A DNA stretch of 64,000 bases, taken from positions 7,718 through 71,717 of the forward strand of contig JACOZV010000004.1 of the NCBI GenBank assembly GCA_016181175.1, in the 5' to 3' direction. Every line of letters starts with the position of its first letter. Within the stretch, counting starts at the first letter, position 1. A model generated the notes under the pieces. That model saw only the letters and a program-made list of their open reading frames with translations. It did no database searches and was not told where the DNA came from. Shown one piece after another: positions 48,031-56,676 of the stretch. This stretch comes from Candidatus Yanofskybacteria bacterium. Its GTDB lineage: Bacteria; Patescibacteriota; Minisyncoccia; 2-02-FULL-40-12; IGHO2-01-FULL-4-A. The translations under genes were made by a program, and so were the position numbers.

Positions 48031-48411
48031 TTATATCCGCCATTTAAAAATAAGGTAAGAGAGTAGGCCAAGTTGTAAAGTTGGAGTTAGCCCCGTATCT
48101 AATAAGGGTATGATCGGCATTAATGAAGTATATGCCCATCGACCGCTACTGATAGCAAAACGTTCTAGTACAACCGCAACAACAACACCGAATATTAACG
48201 CATACCATTTTCTTTCTCTAAAATATGAAATTCTTATAAATAATACAGCTAAAAGTGTTATAAAAAAAGCATCAAAAAGCGTAGCTCGCAATAAAATGAG
48301 TTGAGTTATCTCTCCTGCCTTATAATGGATATACAGATACGAATACAGATTTTCCCAAACTAAATTCAACAAGAAACTAATTATAAAAATTAGAGATAAT
48401 TTCTTAAACAT
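48031..48411 (-). CDS. Hypothetical four-helix membrane protein
   Basis: Start MFKKLSLIF. No recognised motif. Confidence 0.45.
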   Translation of the reverse strand: MFKKLSLIFIISFLLNLVWENLYSYLYIHYKAGEITQLILLRATLFDAFFITLLAVLFIRISYFRERKWYALIFGVVVAVVLERFAISSGRWAYTSLMPIIPLLDTGLTPTLQLGLLSYLIFKWRI

Positions 48412-48904
48412 TAGGGCTTTTGATCGAGTTGAGGACGGAGGCAGGTCGCAACACACCAGAAACTACTTGATAGGTGGGTAAACGCCTTTATGGCCTATGA
48501 CTGAAAGAAGGCTTTTGCTGATCCAGAAGTGGCTATTAAACAGATATGTCAGCTACTGGCCACAATATAGTGAATTAAAAAACTACTTCCCTGGCCTATC
48601 AAAATCTGGCCCTCGGGGTTCTTTGTCTACAAAAGGTTAGAACTGGATAAAAACCGCTTAAACAAAGCACAAAAGGAAGCTCTCGCTTCCCTTCATTCAC
48701 ACTGGCTCGCTTGGCTAACCGCTTTCCGAACAACGGACTGGTCTAAAATCTTCCCATATCCATTGGTTTCTTTGAGGCAGATGCGCTACTTACTCACTTT
48801 AGTGGACTAACTTTTGCCCTCTTTTTTGCCTTTTTGAATAATTTTCGAACCGGACGACTCCAGCCCAAAAAATCGGGTACTTTACTGCTTACAATACTTT
48901 GCAT

Positions 48905-49075
48905 TTAGGATCCTTGTTTGCGCGCCGGTTCTTCCTTGATTCGACGAAGTGTTTCGTCGAAGAGAATGGCGAAGGCGTCATCAAGATTACGCTGACCTTC
49001 TTCAGTTAAAGGAAGCTGGTGATAGCGCAGCTCAACAAGTAACGGTTTCTGTTTTCTTTTTTTCTTGGTGGTCAT
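48905..49075 (-). CDS. 56-aa basic/acidic ORF ending the defence operon (below the ORF-track cutoff)
   Basis: Hand translation gives MTTKKKRKQKPLLVELRYHQLPLTEEGQRNLDDAFAILFDETLRRIKEEPARKQGS. Its start is 5 nt after the upstream stop. Confidence 0.35.
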   Translation of the reverse strand: MTTKKKRKQKPLLVELRYHQLPLTEEGQRNLDDAFAILFDETLRRIKEEPARKQGS

Positions 49076-49080
49076 GACAA

Positions 49081-50559
49081 TTACATTACCAACTTCCTAT
49101 ATGCCCCATCTAAAAAAGTGTCTATTGCTCTGATCTGATTATCTCTCCTTAAATCGAGGAGTGTTTTTATATCATCGTCGTCAAGCGCGATGATAAAACC
49201 TCGATCGTCGGACGCTGTATCTTTGCATCGTTGAATGAAGCGCGTCTTGTTGGTAAAACTCCTGCATATTAACAATCCGAATCTGCCACGATTAGTAGAA
49301 AACCTACCGGACAACTGGTCGAGTTCGGGGTTAGCCGGATCAGATGAGTAATTCTTACACTCAACAAAAATATAGCTTGATGGTACTCGCTTGTTCTGCG
49401 GTAATTCCCAAAAGAACCCTTTTTTTGCAGCGTTTTCGAAAACGATATCAACTTTCTTTCTCCTTTCATGTAGCGGCTGCTCCTTTTTCGGATTTATAAG
49501 AAACGGATAAAAAATGGCAGTGAGCGCCCCTTGAATATGGTTATGGAAATTGTCTGCGTCAGCATCACCAGTATCTATACGATCCAGTTCTGCTTTTAGA
49601 GCATCGAAGTCAAAAGCTGGGCGTGCACCTATAGCATCAATGTCTTCGTTACTAATTTCTTCGAGATTGTACTGTTTACTGTCGCGATATCGTCGCAAAA
49701 CTTCCGGATGATCTTTCGAAAAAGTGTAAAGAAATTGCTTCGAATGAGGGTGAAGTTCTTTGAGTGCCTTTTTTGTAGGCGGTCTACGCGTTCCATCTTT
49801 AAGCACCCTCACAAGGGCAGAGTTCGCGCTTAAATGCTCTTCCTGTAAAAAGTTTAGTACGAAATGCTGATAGTATTCCTGATGGCTAAACTCCAAACTA
49901 AAACGCGCAACTGCTTTAGGGACAAGTAAAACATTTCTATCATTACACACCGGAAGATTAACATACTCATTAGTCCATTCATTACGAACCGTATTCCAAA
50001 CAGTGCCGCTTGGTACGTTGTGCATTGTAATACCCCAAAATATACATTCGTTTTGGGTGTACTCGATTAACTTTCCGCGAATAATGTTAGTGGTCATGTC
50101 AGATATCTTGTCATGGCTGATGCCTTCGATAAGAAGTTCGCACTCTTCAAGATCTTTAAGAAACCCAGTTCTTACAGCCGAGCTTTCAGCCAACGCATCA
50201 TATAAATCGTTCGCCTGATCTCCTCCTACACCCCTACCTCTCGGGGATCCTCCAACAGACAAACCAAAACGAGTTTGATTCGGCTCTCGCAATCCTGAAA
50301 GCATGTATTTTGCGTCATCCTTTCTATCGGCTCTGATCAAGTCGATAACTCTTTGAAAAAAATTAACGATCTGATTGTGGCAATCGATTGACCACCTATC
50401 ATTCCGCTTTGAAAGAGCATAAGGATCAATAAACAAAGGAATATCCCCATTATTTATGGGAACATCGACAAAATCGAGTTCGTACTGGCTTTTACCAAGT
50501 CGGAAGTTCTCCGAAAAGGTTTCGTATCTTCTTGGTTGTTGTGTTCTTTGTCTTGGCAT
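49081..50559 (-). CDS. 492-aa protein: unknown N-terminal ~330 aa plus a C-terminal PD-(D/E)xK (Mrr/Shedu-like) nuclease core
   Basis: The C-terminal ...KVDIVFEN...SYIFVECKNYSSDPANPELDQLSGRF...GLLICRS fits the D...(D/E)xK restriction-endonuclease-fold motif order. I do not recognise the N-terminal region. Confidence 0.55.
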   Translation of the reverse strand: MPRQRTQQPRRYETFSENFRLGKSQYELDFVDVPINNGDIPLFIDPYALSKRNDRWSIDCHNQIVNFFQRVIDLIRADRKDDAKYMLSGLREPNQTRFGLSVGGSPRGRGVGGDQANDLYDALAESSAVRTGFLKDLEECELLIEGISHDKISDMTTNIIRGKLIEYTQNECIFWGITMHNVPSGTVWNTVRNEWTNEYVNLPVCNDRNVLLVPKAVARFSLEFSHQEYYQHFVLNFLQEEHLSANSALVRVLKDGTRRPPTKKALKELHPHSKQFLYTFSKDHPEVLRRYRDSKQYNLEEISNEDIDAIGARPAFDFDALKAELDRIDTGDADADNFHNHIQGALTAIFYPFLINPKKEQPLHERRKKVDIVFENAAKKGFFWELPQNKRVPSSYIFVECKNYSSDPANPELDQLSGRFSTNRGRFGLLICRSFTNKTRFIQRCKDTASDDRGFIIALDDDDIKTLLDLRRDNQIRAIDTFLDGAYRKLVM

Positions 50560-50567
50560 GGTTCATG

Positions 50568-52250
50568 CTATTTGATCAATTTCTTATTCCAGCCCTTTGA
50601 TTTGATGAACTTGAGCGTGCCTTCGATTTCGGCTTTCCTAAACTTGTTTGGTTTCCATGCTTGAATCTTGTCATTGATCGTTGTGAGATCGTCGCTTTTT
50701 GCATCCTGCACAACCTTGCAGACGGTTGCCAAGCACTCAATTTGAGCGCTGGTGGAGTTTTTAATTGCCGGCATAAGATCATTAAGGACGGACTCCATGT
50801 TGCTCAAGATTTTTGAGTTGTATTTGAAGAGTTTACCGGAGTTAGCGCCTAAACCATAGACGCCGTTTTTTTGCTGAAAGAAGCCATTGCGAGGACTTGC
50901 GCCGGCGGTGATGGCTTTCTTAATCTGTAGATCGTAGGGGCCGAAGTTCTGCGAGGTAAAGCTGAAGCCGAGCGGTACCCTGTAAACTTCCTGCGCGAGA
51001 TATAAGAGCTTCGCCACAACCATTTCACCACGTTCAAAACGTTGCAACACCGCTCCGATGGCTTGCCACACCGGAAAGACACTTGCTTTGACAGGAACAG
51101 CAGCCACGCCCTCTTTTACCAACTCACCAGCAAGCGCTTTTGACAAGGCGGAATCAAAAAGTTCCTTCAGCTTCTCTTTTTGAACGAGAAGTCCTTTTTT
51201 ATACTCTTTAATAGCACTAAACCTCTCGGCAATGGCATGCTGGTCTGTCGTTGGTGGTACCATGATTTTTATTTTTTTAAGTGCGGTAGAGTTTACTGCG
51301 GCTTGATTTACCCACGGCGTGCATAGATAACGAAATCTATCGGTTGAATATAAGTATTGAAGATATATAGAGAAGTAGCGCGGATCTAATACTTTTTCGT
51401 TTGTGCGAATCCGAGTGATGTGATTTGAAAAGACATACTTGTAATCCTTGTCTATGTAAACGCTTTTTCCAACTAAACTAATACTGTTTGTATTATTAAA
51501 TAGGACATCACCACTCTTCAGGAAATAAGTTTCCGCATGTGGGTAATCCTGTGGAATATACTTGATGCTATCAAAGTTCAAACTACCGTCATCGCCGATA
51601 TTATTAGGTCTGATTTGTCCAATACCCTTCCCAACCGGACGGAAGGCAAAACCATTCGTAACATCGACTACTAACGCACCGATCTTTTCTTCCTTCCAGC
51701 TTTTTGACGATGATCCAAAAATCTTATTCAAAAGCGACTGAAAAAGCTGATCTGTTTTTTCAATAAGCGCATCATTGAGTTTTTGGGCTTCGCGGATAGA
51801 ATCAACACGTTCTGCAATTGCTTGTTGGGTATTTAAAGACGGCATTGGTACTCGTAAATTTTCAAGGAAGGTTCTATTCAAATGTGGTACTGCCGCTCCT
51901 TGCGCTGCTGATCTAATTTTTTGCTGATTAAATTGCAAAAGGTAAGCAAGGTATCGACTTTCCAGTGTTTCGTTATGAACCACTTTAGCAATCGTGGAAC
52001 CAACAAATCCTCTTAAACCGATACCAACGGTGCCGGCATAAGCACCATCCCAAACCAATAAAACATCGTCATTGTCGCATCGAACTCCGTTATTTTCTGA
52101 AGTGTAAAGCGTATATTGACCACTTCTTAAATTTTCAATGCCAATATAAGGCAAGGTGTCCTTTGCGGCTTCTGCTGCGGAAATCATCATTTTACCTTTC
52201 GCAAAAGAAATAAGTTCGCCTAATTTTTTTGTTTGATAATTACTTTGCAT
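50568..52250 (-). CDS. hsdS: Type I restriction-modification specificity subunit HsdS with a ~180-aa C-terminal Panacea/DUF4065 (SocA-like) extension
   Basis: Two target-recognition-domain halves are separated by conserved helices (..AIAERVDSIREAQKLNDALIEKTDQLFQSLLNKIF.. and ..AIAERFSAIKEYKKGLLVQKEKLKELFDSALSKAL). They are followed by ...VVAKLLYLAQEVYRVPLGFSFTSQNFGPYD..., which resembles the KLxKLLYxAQ...GPV core of DUF4065. Confidence 0.7.
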   Translation of the reverse strand: MQSNYQTKKLGELISFAKGKMMISAAEAAKDTLPYIGIENLRSGQYTLYTSENNGVRCDNDDVLLVWDGAYAGTVGIGLRGFVGSTIAKVVHNETLESRYLAYLLQFNQQKIRSAAQGAAVPHLNRTFLENLRVPMPSLNTQQAIAERVDSIREAQKLNDALIEKTDQLFQSLLNKIFGSSSKSWKEEKIGALVVDVTNGFAFRPVGKGIGQIRPNNIGDDGSLNFDSIKYIPQDYPHAETYFLKSGDVLFNNTNSISLVGKSVYIDKDYKYVFSNHITRIRTNEKVLDPRYFSIYLQYLYSTDRFRYLCTPWVNQAAVNSTALKKIKIMVPPTTDQHAIAERFSAIKEYKKGLLVQKEKLKELFDSALSKALAGELVKEGVAAVPVKASVFPVWQAIGAVLQRFERGEMVVAKLLYLAQEVYRVPLGFSFTSQNFGPYDLQIKKAITAGASPRNGFFQQKNGVYGLGANSGKLFKYNSKILSNMESVLNDLMPAIKNSTSAQIECLATVCKVVQDAKSDDLTTINDKIQAWKPNKFRKAEIEGTLKFIKSKGWNKKLIK

Positions 52251-52869
52251 AAGAATGCGCAGAGTATTGAATTCTACCTACGCGGTTTAATAAGCGCGTA
52301 TCCCGAACTTTTAAGTTTTCACCATCTTTATCGAATGGCCTTATTTCTGCTTTCCAAATAGATCTACAAAAAACAGTGTTCTGATCATTCATATATGTAA
52401 TTTCTAAACATACTGGTATCGCAAATTCAGCCATTTCATACCATTCTCTAAAATTTTTTATGAGTTGAAGTTTGATTCTAAATGACTCATCCTCTGTGGT
52501 CTGATAGAGGGGCACCTTATGATATCTTTCTTCTGCGATGGGCATACCGGTCGCTTTGGGTTGGGAGATATTAAAAGCCGATCCGCGACCAGAATTGAAA
52601 CAGTCAAACTCTATGGAAAAAACTATTTCAAAATGATTCGCATCAGCACGGATTATGCTTCCGGCATCCATCACACCATATCCATGCTCTACTTCACTAT
52701 GTCTAACCCCAACCCATATTCTTAATGGACGCAAAATTAAGCTGGGTACTGTACTTAATGCAGAATTCCAATCTGCTTTTCTGATAGCTTTTATCGAAAT
52801 CCACAGTGAAACAACTGCGGTTATCCCGACTAAAATATCTGCCGTTTTAGAAATTATTTCAAAATTCAT
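52240..52869 (-). CDS. 209-aa single-pass membrane protein inserted between hsdM and hsdS
   Basis: N-terminal TM helix (ADILVGITAVVSLWISIKAI) and a beta-rich soluble domain. It starts 6 nt after the hsdM stop and overlaps the hsdS start by 11 nt. No recognised family. Confidence 0.55.
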   Translation of the reverse strand: MNFEIISKTADILVGITAVVSLWISIKAIRKADWNSALSTVPSLILRPLRIWVGVRHSEVEHGYGVMDAGSIIRADANHFEIVFSIEFDCFNSGRGSAFNISQPKATGMPIAEERYHKVPLYQTTEDESFRIKLQLIKNFREWYEMAEFAIPVCLEITYMNDQNTVFCRSIWKAEIRPFDKDGENLKVRDTRLLNRVGRIQYSAHSYAK

Positions 52870-52875
52870 AATCTT

Positions 52876-54405
52876 TTATCCCAGTTTATCTGTCATCTCT
52901 TCTTGTAATTTTGTTAGATCTTTATTGATTTTCTCAATTTCTTTCAAAATAATTTTTGGCTCGCGGTGTTTTATCTCTTCTCCGATAGCATATGGGTTAT
53001 AAGTGTTTGCAGAAAGTATGTAATCATTTTCGATGATTTCTTTAACTGGCGTAAACCATGCAAGCTGTTTTTCAACTGCGCGGTTTTTATGCCAGAGTTC
53101 CAACAGCTTCGGAATATCATTTCTATATTGGCTGCCGAATTTTTTGGATGCTGAAAGCGATGAACCATCACCTTGCATATCAAAGAACCATACCTTTGCA
53201 GATTCATCGAGTTTCGGCACCGCCTTTTTTTTGAACACCAAGAAGGACGTTTTTACGCCGGCATACGGCTGAAACACGCCTGCCGGCATGGAAACAACCG
53301 CCTGTAAGTCCGTATTTTCAAGTAGAAAACGGCGGATCTCTTTATCATCGCGGTTGGTACCAAAAAATGAACCTTCGGGAAGGATTATGCCGGCTCTGCC
53401 ATTGGGCTTGAGCGAGTTTATAACATGACCCAAAAATAGAACCTGTGTTTTGGTTGATTTGACCGGCAAGGTTGGTTTTATACGTTCCCGATCAACCTTT
53501 CCAGAGAATGGTGGATTTGTAAGGACAATATCGAATGTGCGCAGATCATCCTCATCTTCAGATCCAGCAACCGTGTCTTTGCGCTTAATGTTCGCACTCT
53601 CTATGCCATGTAATATCAAATTCATAAGTGCTAACCGCACCATCTCCGGATCAACATCAGAACCCAAAAAGGTTTTTTTGGTTAGAAATTCCCACTGTTT
53701 TTTATCGAGCTTATCTCCAAACCCCCTCTTGTGTCCATTTTCCTCTTCAATGCTTTTGGGATCGCTATTTCTTAATCGGATCCAATCATAGCCGGAGATG
53801 AGGAAGCCACCAGAACCACACGCAGGATCATAAACAGTTTCGCCAATTTTTGGATTCACCATTTCAACTATGACGCGAACGATATGACGCGGAGTGAGAA
53901 ATTGTCCAAGTTCGCCGGCTGATTCAATACTTGCAAGCAGCTCTTCATAAAGATCGCCCTTAACATCTGTGTCTAATCCTGTTAAATTGATCGTGTCAAT
54001 AATTTCAATCGTGTTTTTTAATGTAACAGAATGGGGAATTTCGAGCTTCGCATCATAAAAAATTTGCCGTATGTTAGAGTGTCCATTTTGCAATCGCTCC
54101 ACAAAGGGAAATACCTCATCACGAACAATTTTATACAATTCATCGCCAGCTTTTTCTTTCCAGCGCGACCATCGGAATTTTTCGTTTTTGCCCTCGAAAA
54201 TTGATTTATGTTTACGCCCAGTAAGTTCTTCGCCTCTCTCCATAGAAATATCCTGTTCCTCAAGCATTTTCAAAAAAAACAAAAAGCTAATCTGCTGGAT
54301 CCTTCTCACAGGGTCTCGTAAACCTGCACCCCAAAGATAATCGTTCAGGCGATCTAATTTTTGGCGAAACTCTATTCTTAATTGTTGTATTTTTTGTTCG
54401 GGCAT
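52876..54405 (-). CDS. hsdM: Type I restriction-modification N6-adenine DNA methyltransferase subunit
   Basis: HsdM N-terminal domain, AdoMet motif VYDPACGSGGFL and catalytic LTNPPF. Confidence 0.9.
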   Translation of the reverse strand: MPEQKIQQLRIEFRQKLDRLNDYLWGAGLRDPVRRIQQISFLFFLKMLEEQDISMERGEELTGRKHKSIFEGKNEKFRWSRWKEKAGDELYKIVRDEVFPFVERLQNGHSNIRQIFYDAKLEIPHSVTLKNTIEIIDTINLTGLDTDVKGDLYEELLASIESAGELGQFLTPRHIVRVIVEMVNPKIGETVYDPACGSGGFLISGYDWIRLRNSDPKSIEEENGHKRGFGDKLDKKQWEFLTKKTFLGSDVDPEMVRLALMNLILHGIESANIKRKDTVAGSEDEDDLRTFDIVLTNPPFSGKVDRERIKPTLPVKSTKTQVLFLGHVINSLKPNGRAGIILPEGSFFGTNRDDKEIRRFLLENTDLQAVVSMPAGVFQPYAGVKTSFLVFKKKAVPKLDESAKVWFFDMQGDGSSLSASKKFGSQYRNDIPKLLELWHKNRAVEKQLAWFTPVKEIIENDYILSANTYNPYAIGEEIKHREPKIILKEIEKINKDLTKLQEEMTDKLG

Positions 54406-54407
54406 AG

Positions 54408-56663
54408 TTATCGTGTACAGATCCTTTGGTTAAGCTCCGAGAGAGCGGATTGTAAAACACCTTCCTCAAACACTCGCAACGCATAATTAAGACCACCGAT
54501 TTGCCGGAAGATCGGCTCGTTGAATATGGAAATATCAACCGGCTCTTTGCGAACGATACATTGCGACTTTACCAAACGCAGGATTTTTATTTGATCGGAT
54601 GCAAAGTTTTTCTCGATTAGCCATGATTCAAAAAGCTGATTTACACGCTGCTCATGTAGTTGCTCTTCTGTAGGGAACTCCTTTGTTTTGAGTGCTGCTT
54701 GTATGAAGTCATTGAGCGTGCCTACCGGATAGCGATATGCTTCTCGCAAGTTTGCTTCGTTAAAATAGAACTCCGGAGAATTAAGTTTTTCGGAAAGGAA
54801 GGCGGTTTCGTCATTTGAAAGATCTTCGCCTTGTTTAACTTTTGAAATAAGCGGCTCGGTTTTAGCCATCTCTTGAACTTGCTGCTCCCATGCCACCTGA
54901 TAATCATCGGCATCAATTCTTTCGCCTTCTGCTCCAACTTCGATATGCGCACGCTGCATAACCACGTCCATGTTTTCGGGTGCTGTTTCCGGCACTTGAA
55001 CAAAAAGTCGCTTCACCACTTCTTCCTCTTCCTGCGTTAAATCTTCAGCTTCGGTTCCCCACGGAATACCAGCTTTAATTTTTGCATAGGCAGAATACGG
55101 ATCAAATCCTTCGTCATTGAAGTAACGAGTAACGCCAGCAAAGTCATAAATACGAAAAGATGTTTTGCTGATTTTTTGATATAATCGGCTGCCACGTCCT
55201 CGCATCTGTTGGTAAAGGATCGGGGAACGTGTAGGACGCGCCATGATCAAGTTTTCTACCATTGGGACATCGATGCCGGTATCCATCATACCCACCGAAA
55301 CCGCTACCATCGGCATTTCTTGGTGCTTAAAACGTCTTATGGCTCCACGAGGATCTTCGGTATCGGAAGTAATAACTTCAGCGTATCTTCCCTTATATTC
55401 CGGATATGTCTGATTGAGATAATACGCCAATTGCGCAGCGTGTTTTTTCGTAACAGCATAAAGAATGGTTTTGCGATGGTGTTTTGGTTCATGCTTTTCT
55501 TCTTCCTCTCTGAATGTTTTTGCCAATTGCTCGTTTCTTGCCGGCACATTGATTTTTCTCTCCAAATCTTCGGCGTTGTAATCTTCACCCTCAAATTGCA
55601 CACCTTCTAAAGACACTTTGGTGTCGATCTGTAAGATCTCATAACCAGCAAGAAATCCCTCTTTGATGCCTCGTCGAATACTGTATAGAAATGTCGGTTT
55701 ACCCTTTTTTTCACGCTCATCCCAACAACCAAAGAGCTTATAGGTGTTACGATCAATAAACACACTCGGCGTTGCTGTAAGACCTATCCGGATTGCGTCA
55801 AAATGCGATAGGACAGCGTTGTAGATGCCGAAGATGGATCTATGTGCTTCGTCCGAGATAACCACATCAAAATAACCACTTGTAAAATTCGATAGTTGCG
55901 AATAAAGAGTGGGAAGTGTCGAGATGATTATTGAGGATTCGTCTTTTTGCTTGCCTCCGTAAAGAAGCTTTGTAGGATAATCTTTCAAAATTTCATCAAA
56001 AACTTCCTTTGTTTGTATGCCTAAATCAATGCGATCAACAAGAAATAAAACACGCCGGATGAGATTCGCTTCAAACAGCCGTTTGAGATAAAGAGCTATG
56101 GTATCTGTCTTGCCAGTGCCGGTTGCCATAGCGATGAGCATTTTGCGCAAACCGCCCTCAATGGTTTTGTCCATGATCTGCATGGCCTCCTTTTGATATG
56201 GGCGTGGTGTGCGTAATTCGCCACCTTTAAAATAATTGTCGGGTACAGGAATGGCGGTTATCGGCTTTTGATCTATTCGTAGGGTTTGGATTTTTTCTAA
56301 ATCGCGTTGAGAAAAGAAGGTAATTACCTTTTGCTCTGGACGATATTTGTAATCCCAAAAATAAATATCCTCTCCATTGGAAAGGAAAATGAAATCGATA
56401 CCCAGCTCTTCTGCGTAGGTCAATGCCTGCTGTTTTGCCAATACTGGTTCAGTTGAAAACCGCTTTGCTTCGATAAGCCCGATGGCTCTGCCGCGTCTAT
56501 CCCTCAAGAAATAATCGGCACGTCCATCCTTCACCGGATCTTCGGTTGAAACTTGATTTTTATCCTCAATATCCCAGCCAGCTTCGCGGAGTTTGCGATC
56601 GATGACAATGCGAGCGTCCGTTTCTCTTGAGTTGTTATTGTTATTTGTCATATTCATTTTCAT
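54408..56663 (-). CDS. hsdR: Type I restriction enzyme R subunit (nuclease plus SF2 helicase)
   Basis: N-terminal PD-(D/E)xK (ADYFL...IGLIEAKR), Walker A MATGTGKT, DEAH (ISDEAHRS) and later helicase motifs. 2-nt gap to hsdM. Confidence 0.85.
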   Translation of the reverse strand: MKMNMTNNNNNSRETDARIVIDRKLREAGWDIEDKNQVSTEDPVKDGRADYFLRDRRGRAIGLIEAKRFSTEPVLAKQQALTYAEELGIDFIFLSNGEDIYFWDYKYRPEQKVITFFSQRDLEKIQTLRIDQKPITAIPVPDNYFKGGELRTPRPYQKEAMQIMDKTIEGGLRKMLIAMATGTGKTDTIALYLKRLFEANLIRRVLFLVDRIDLGIQTKEVFDEILKDYPTKLLYGGKQKDESSIIISTLPTLYSQLSNFTSGYFDVVISDEAHRSIFGIYNAVLSHFDAIRIGLTATPSVFIDRNTYKLFGCWDEREKKGKPTFLYSIRRGIKEGFLAGYEILQIDTKVSLEGVQFEGEDYNAEDLERKINVPARNEQLAKTFREEEEKHEPKHHRKTILYAVTKKHAAQLAYYLNQTYPEYKGRYAEVITSDTEDPRGAIRRFKHQEMPMVAVSVGMMDTGIDVPMVENLIMARPTRSPILYQQMRGRGSRLYQKISKTSFRIYDFAGVTRYFNDEGFDPYSAYAKIKAGIPWGTEAEDLTQEEEEVVKRLFVQVPETAPENMDVVMQRAHIEVGAEGERIDADDYQVAWEQQVQEMAKTEPLISKVKQGEDLSNDETAFLSEKLNSPEFYFNEANLREAYRYPVGTLNDFIQAALKTKEFPTEEQLHEQRVNQLFESWLIEKNFASDQIKILRLVKSQCIVRKEPVDISIFNEPIFRQIGGLNYALRVFEEGVLQSALSELNQRICTR

Positions 56664-56676
56664 TCTTGAGCTTGAT

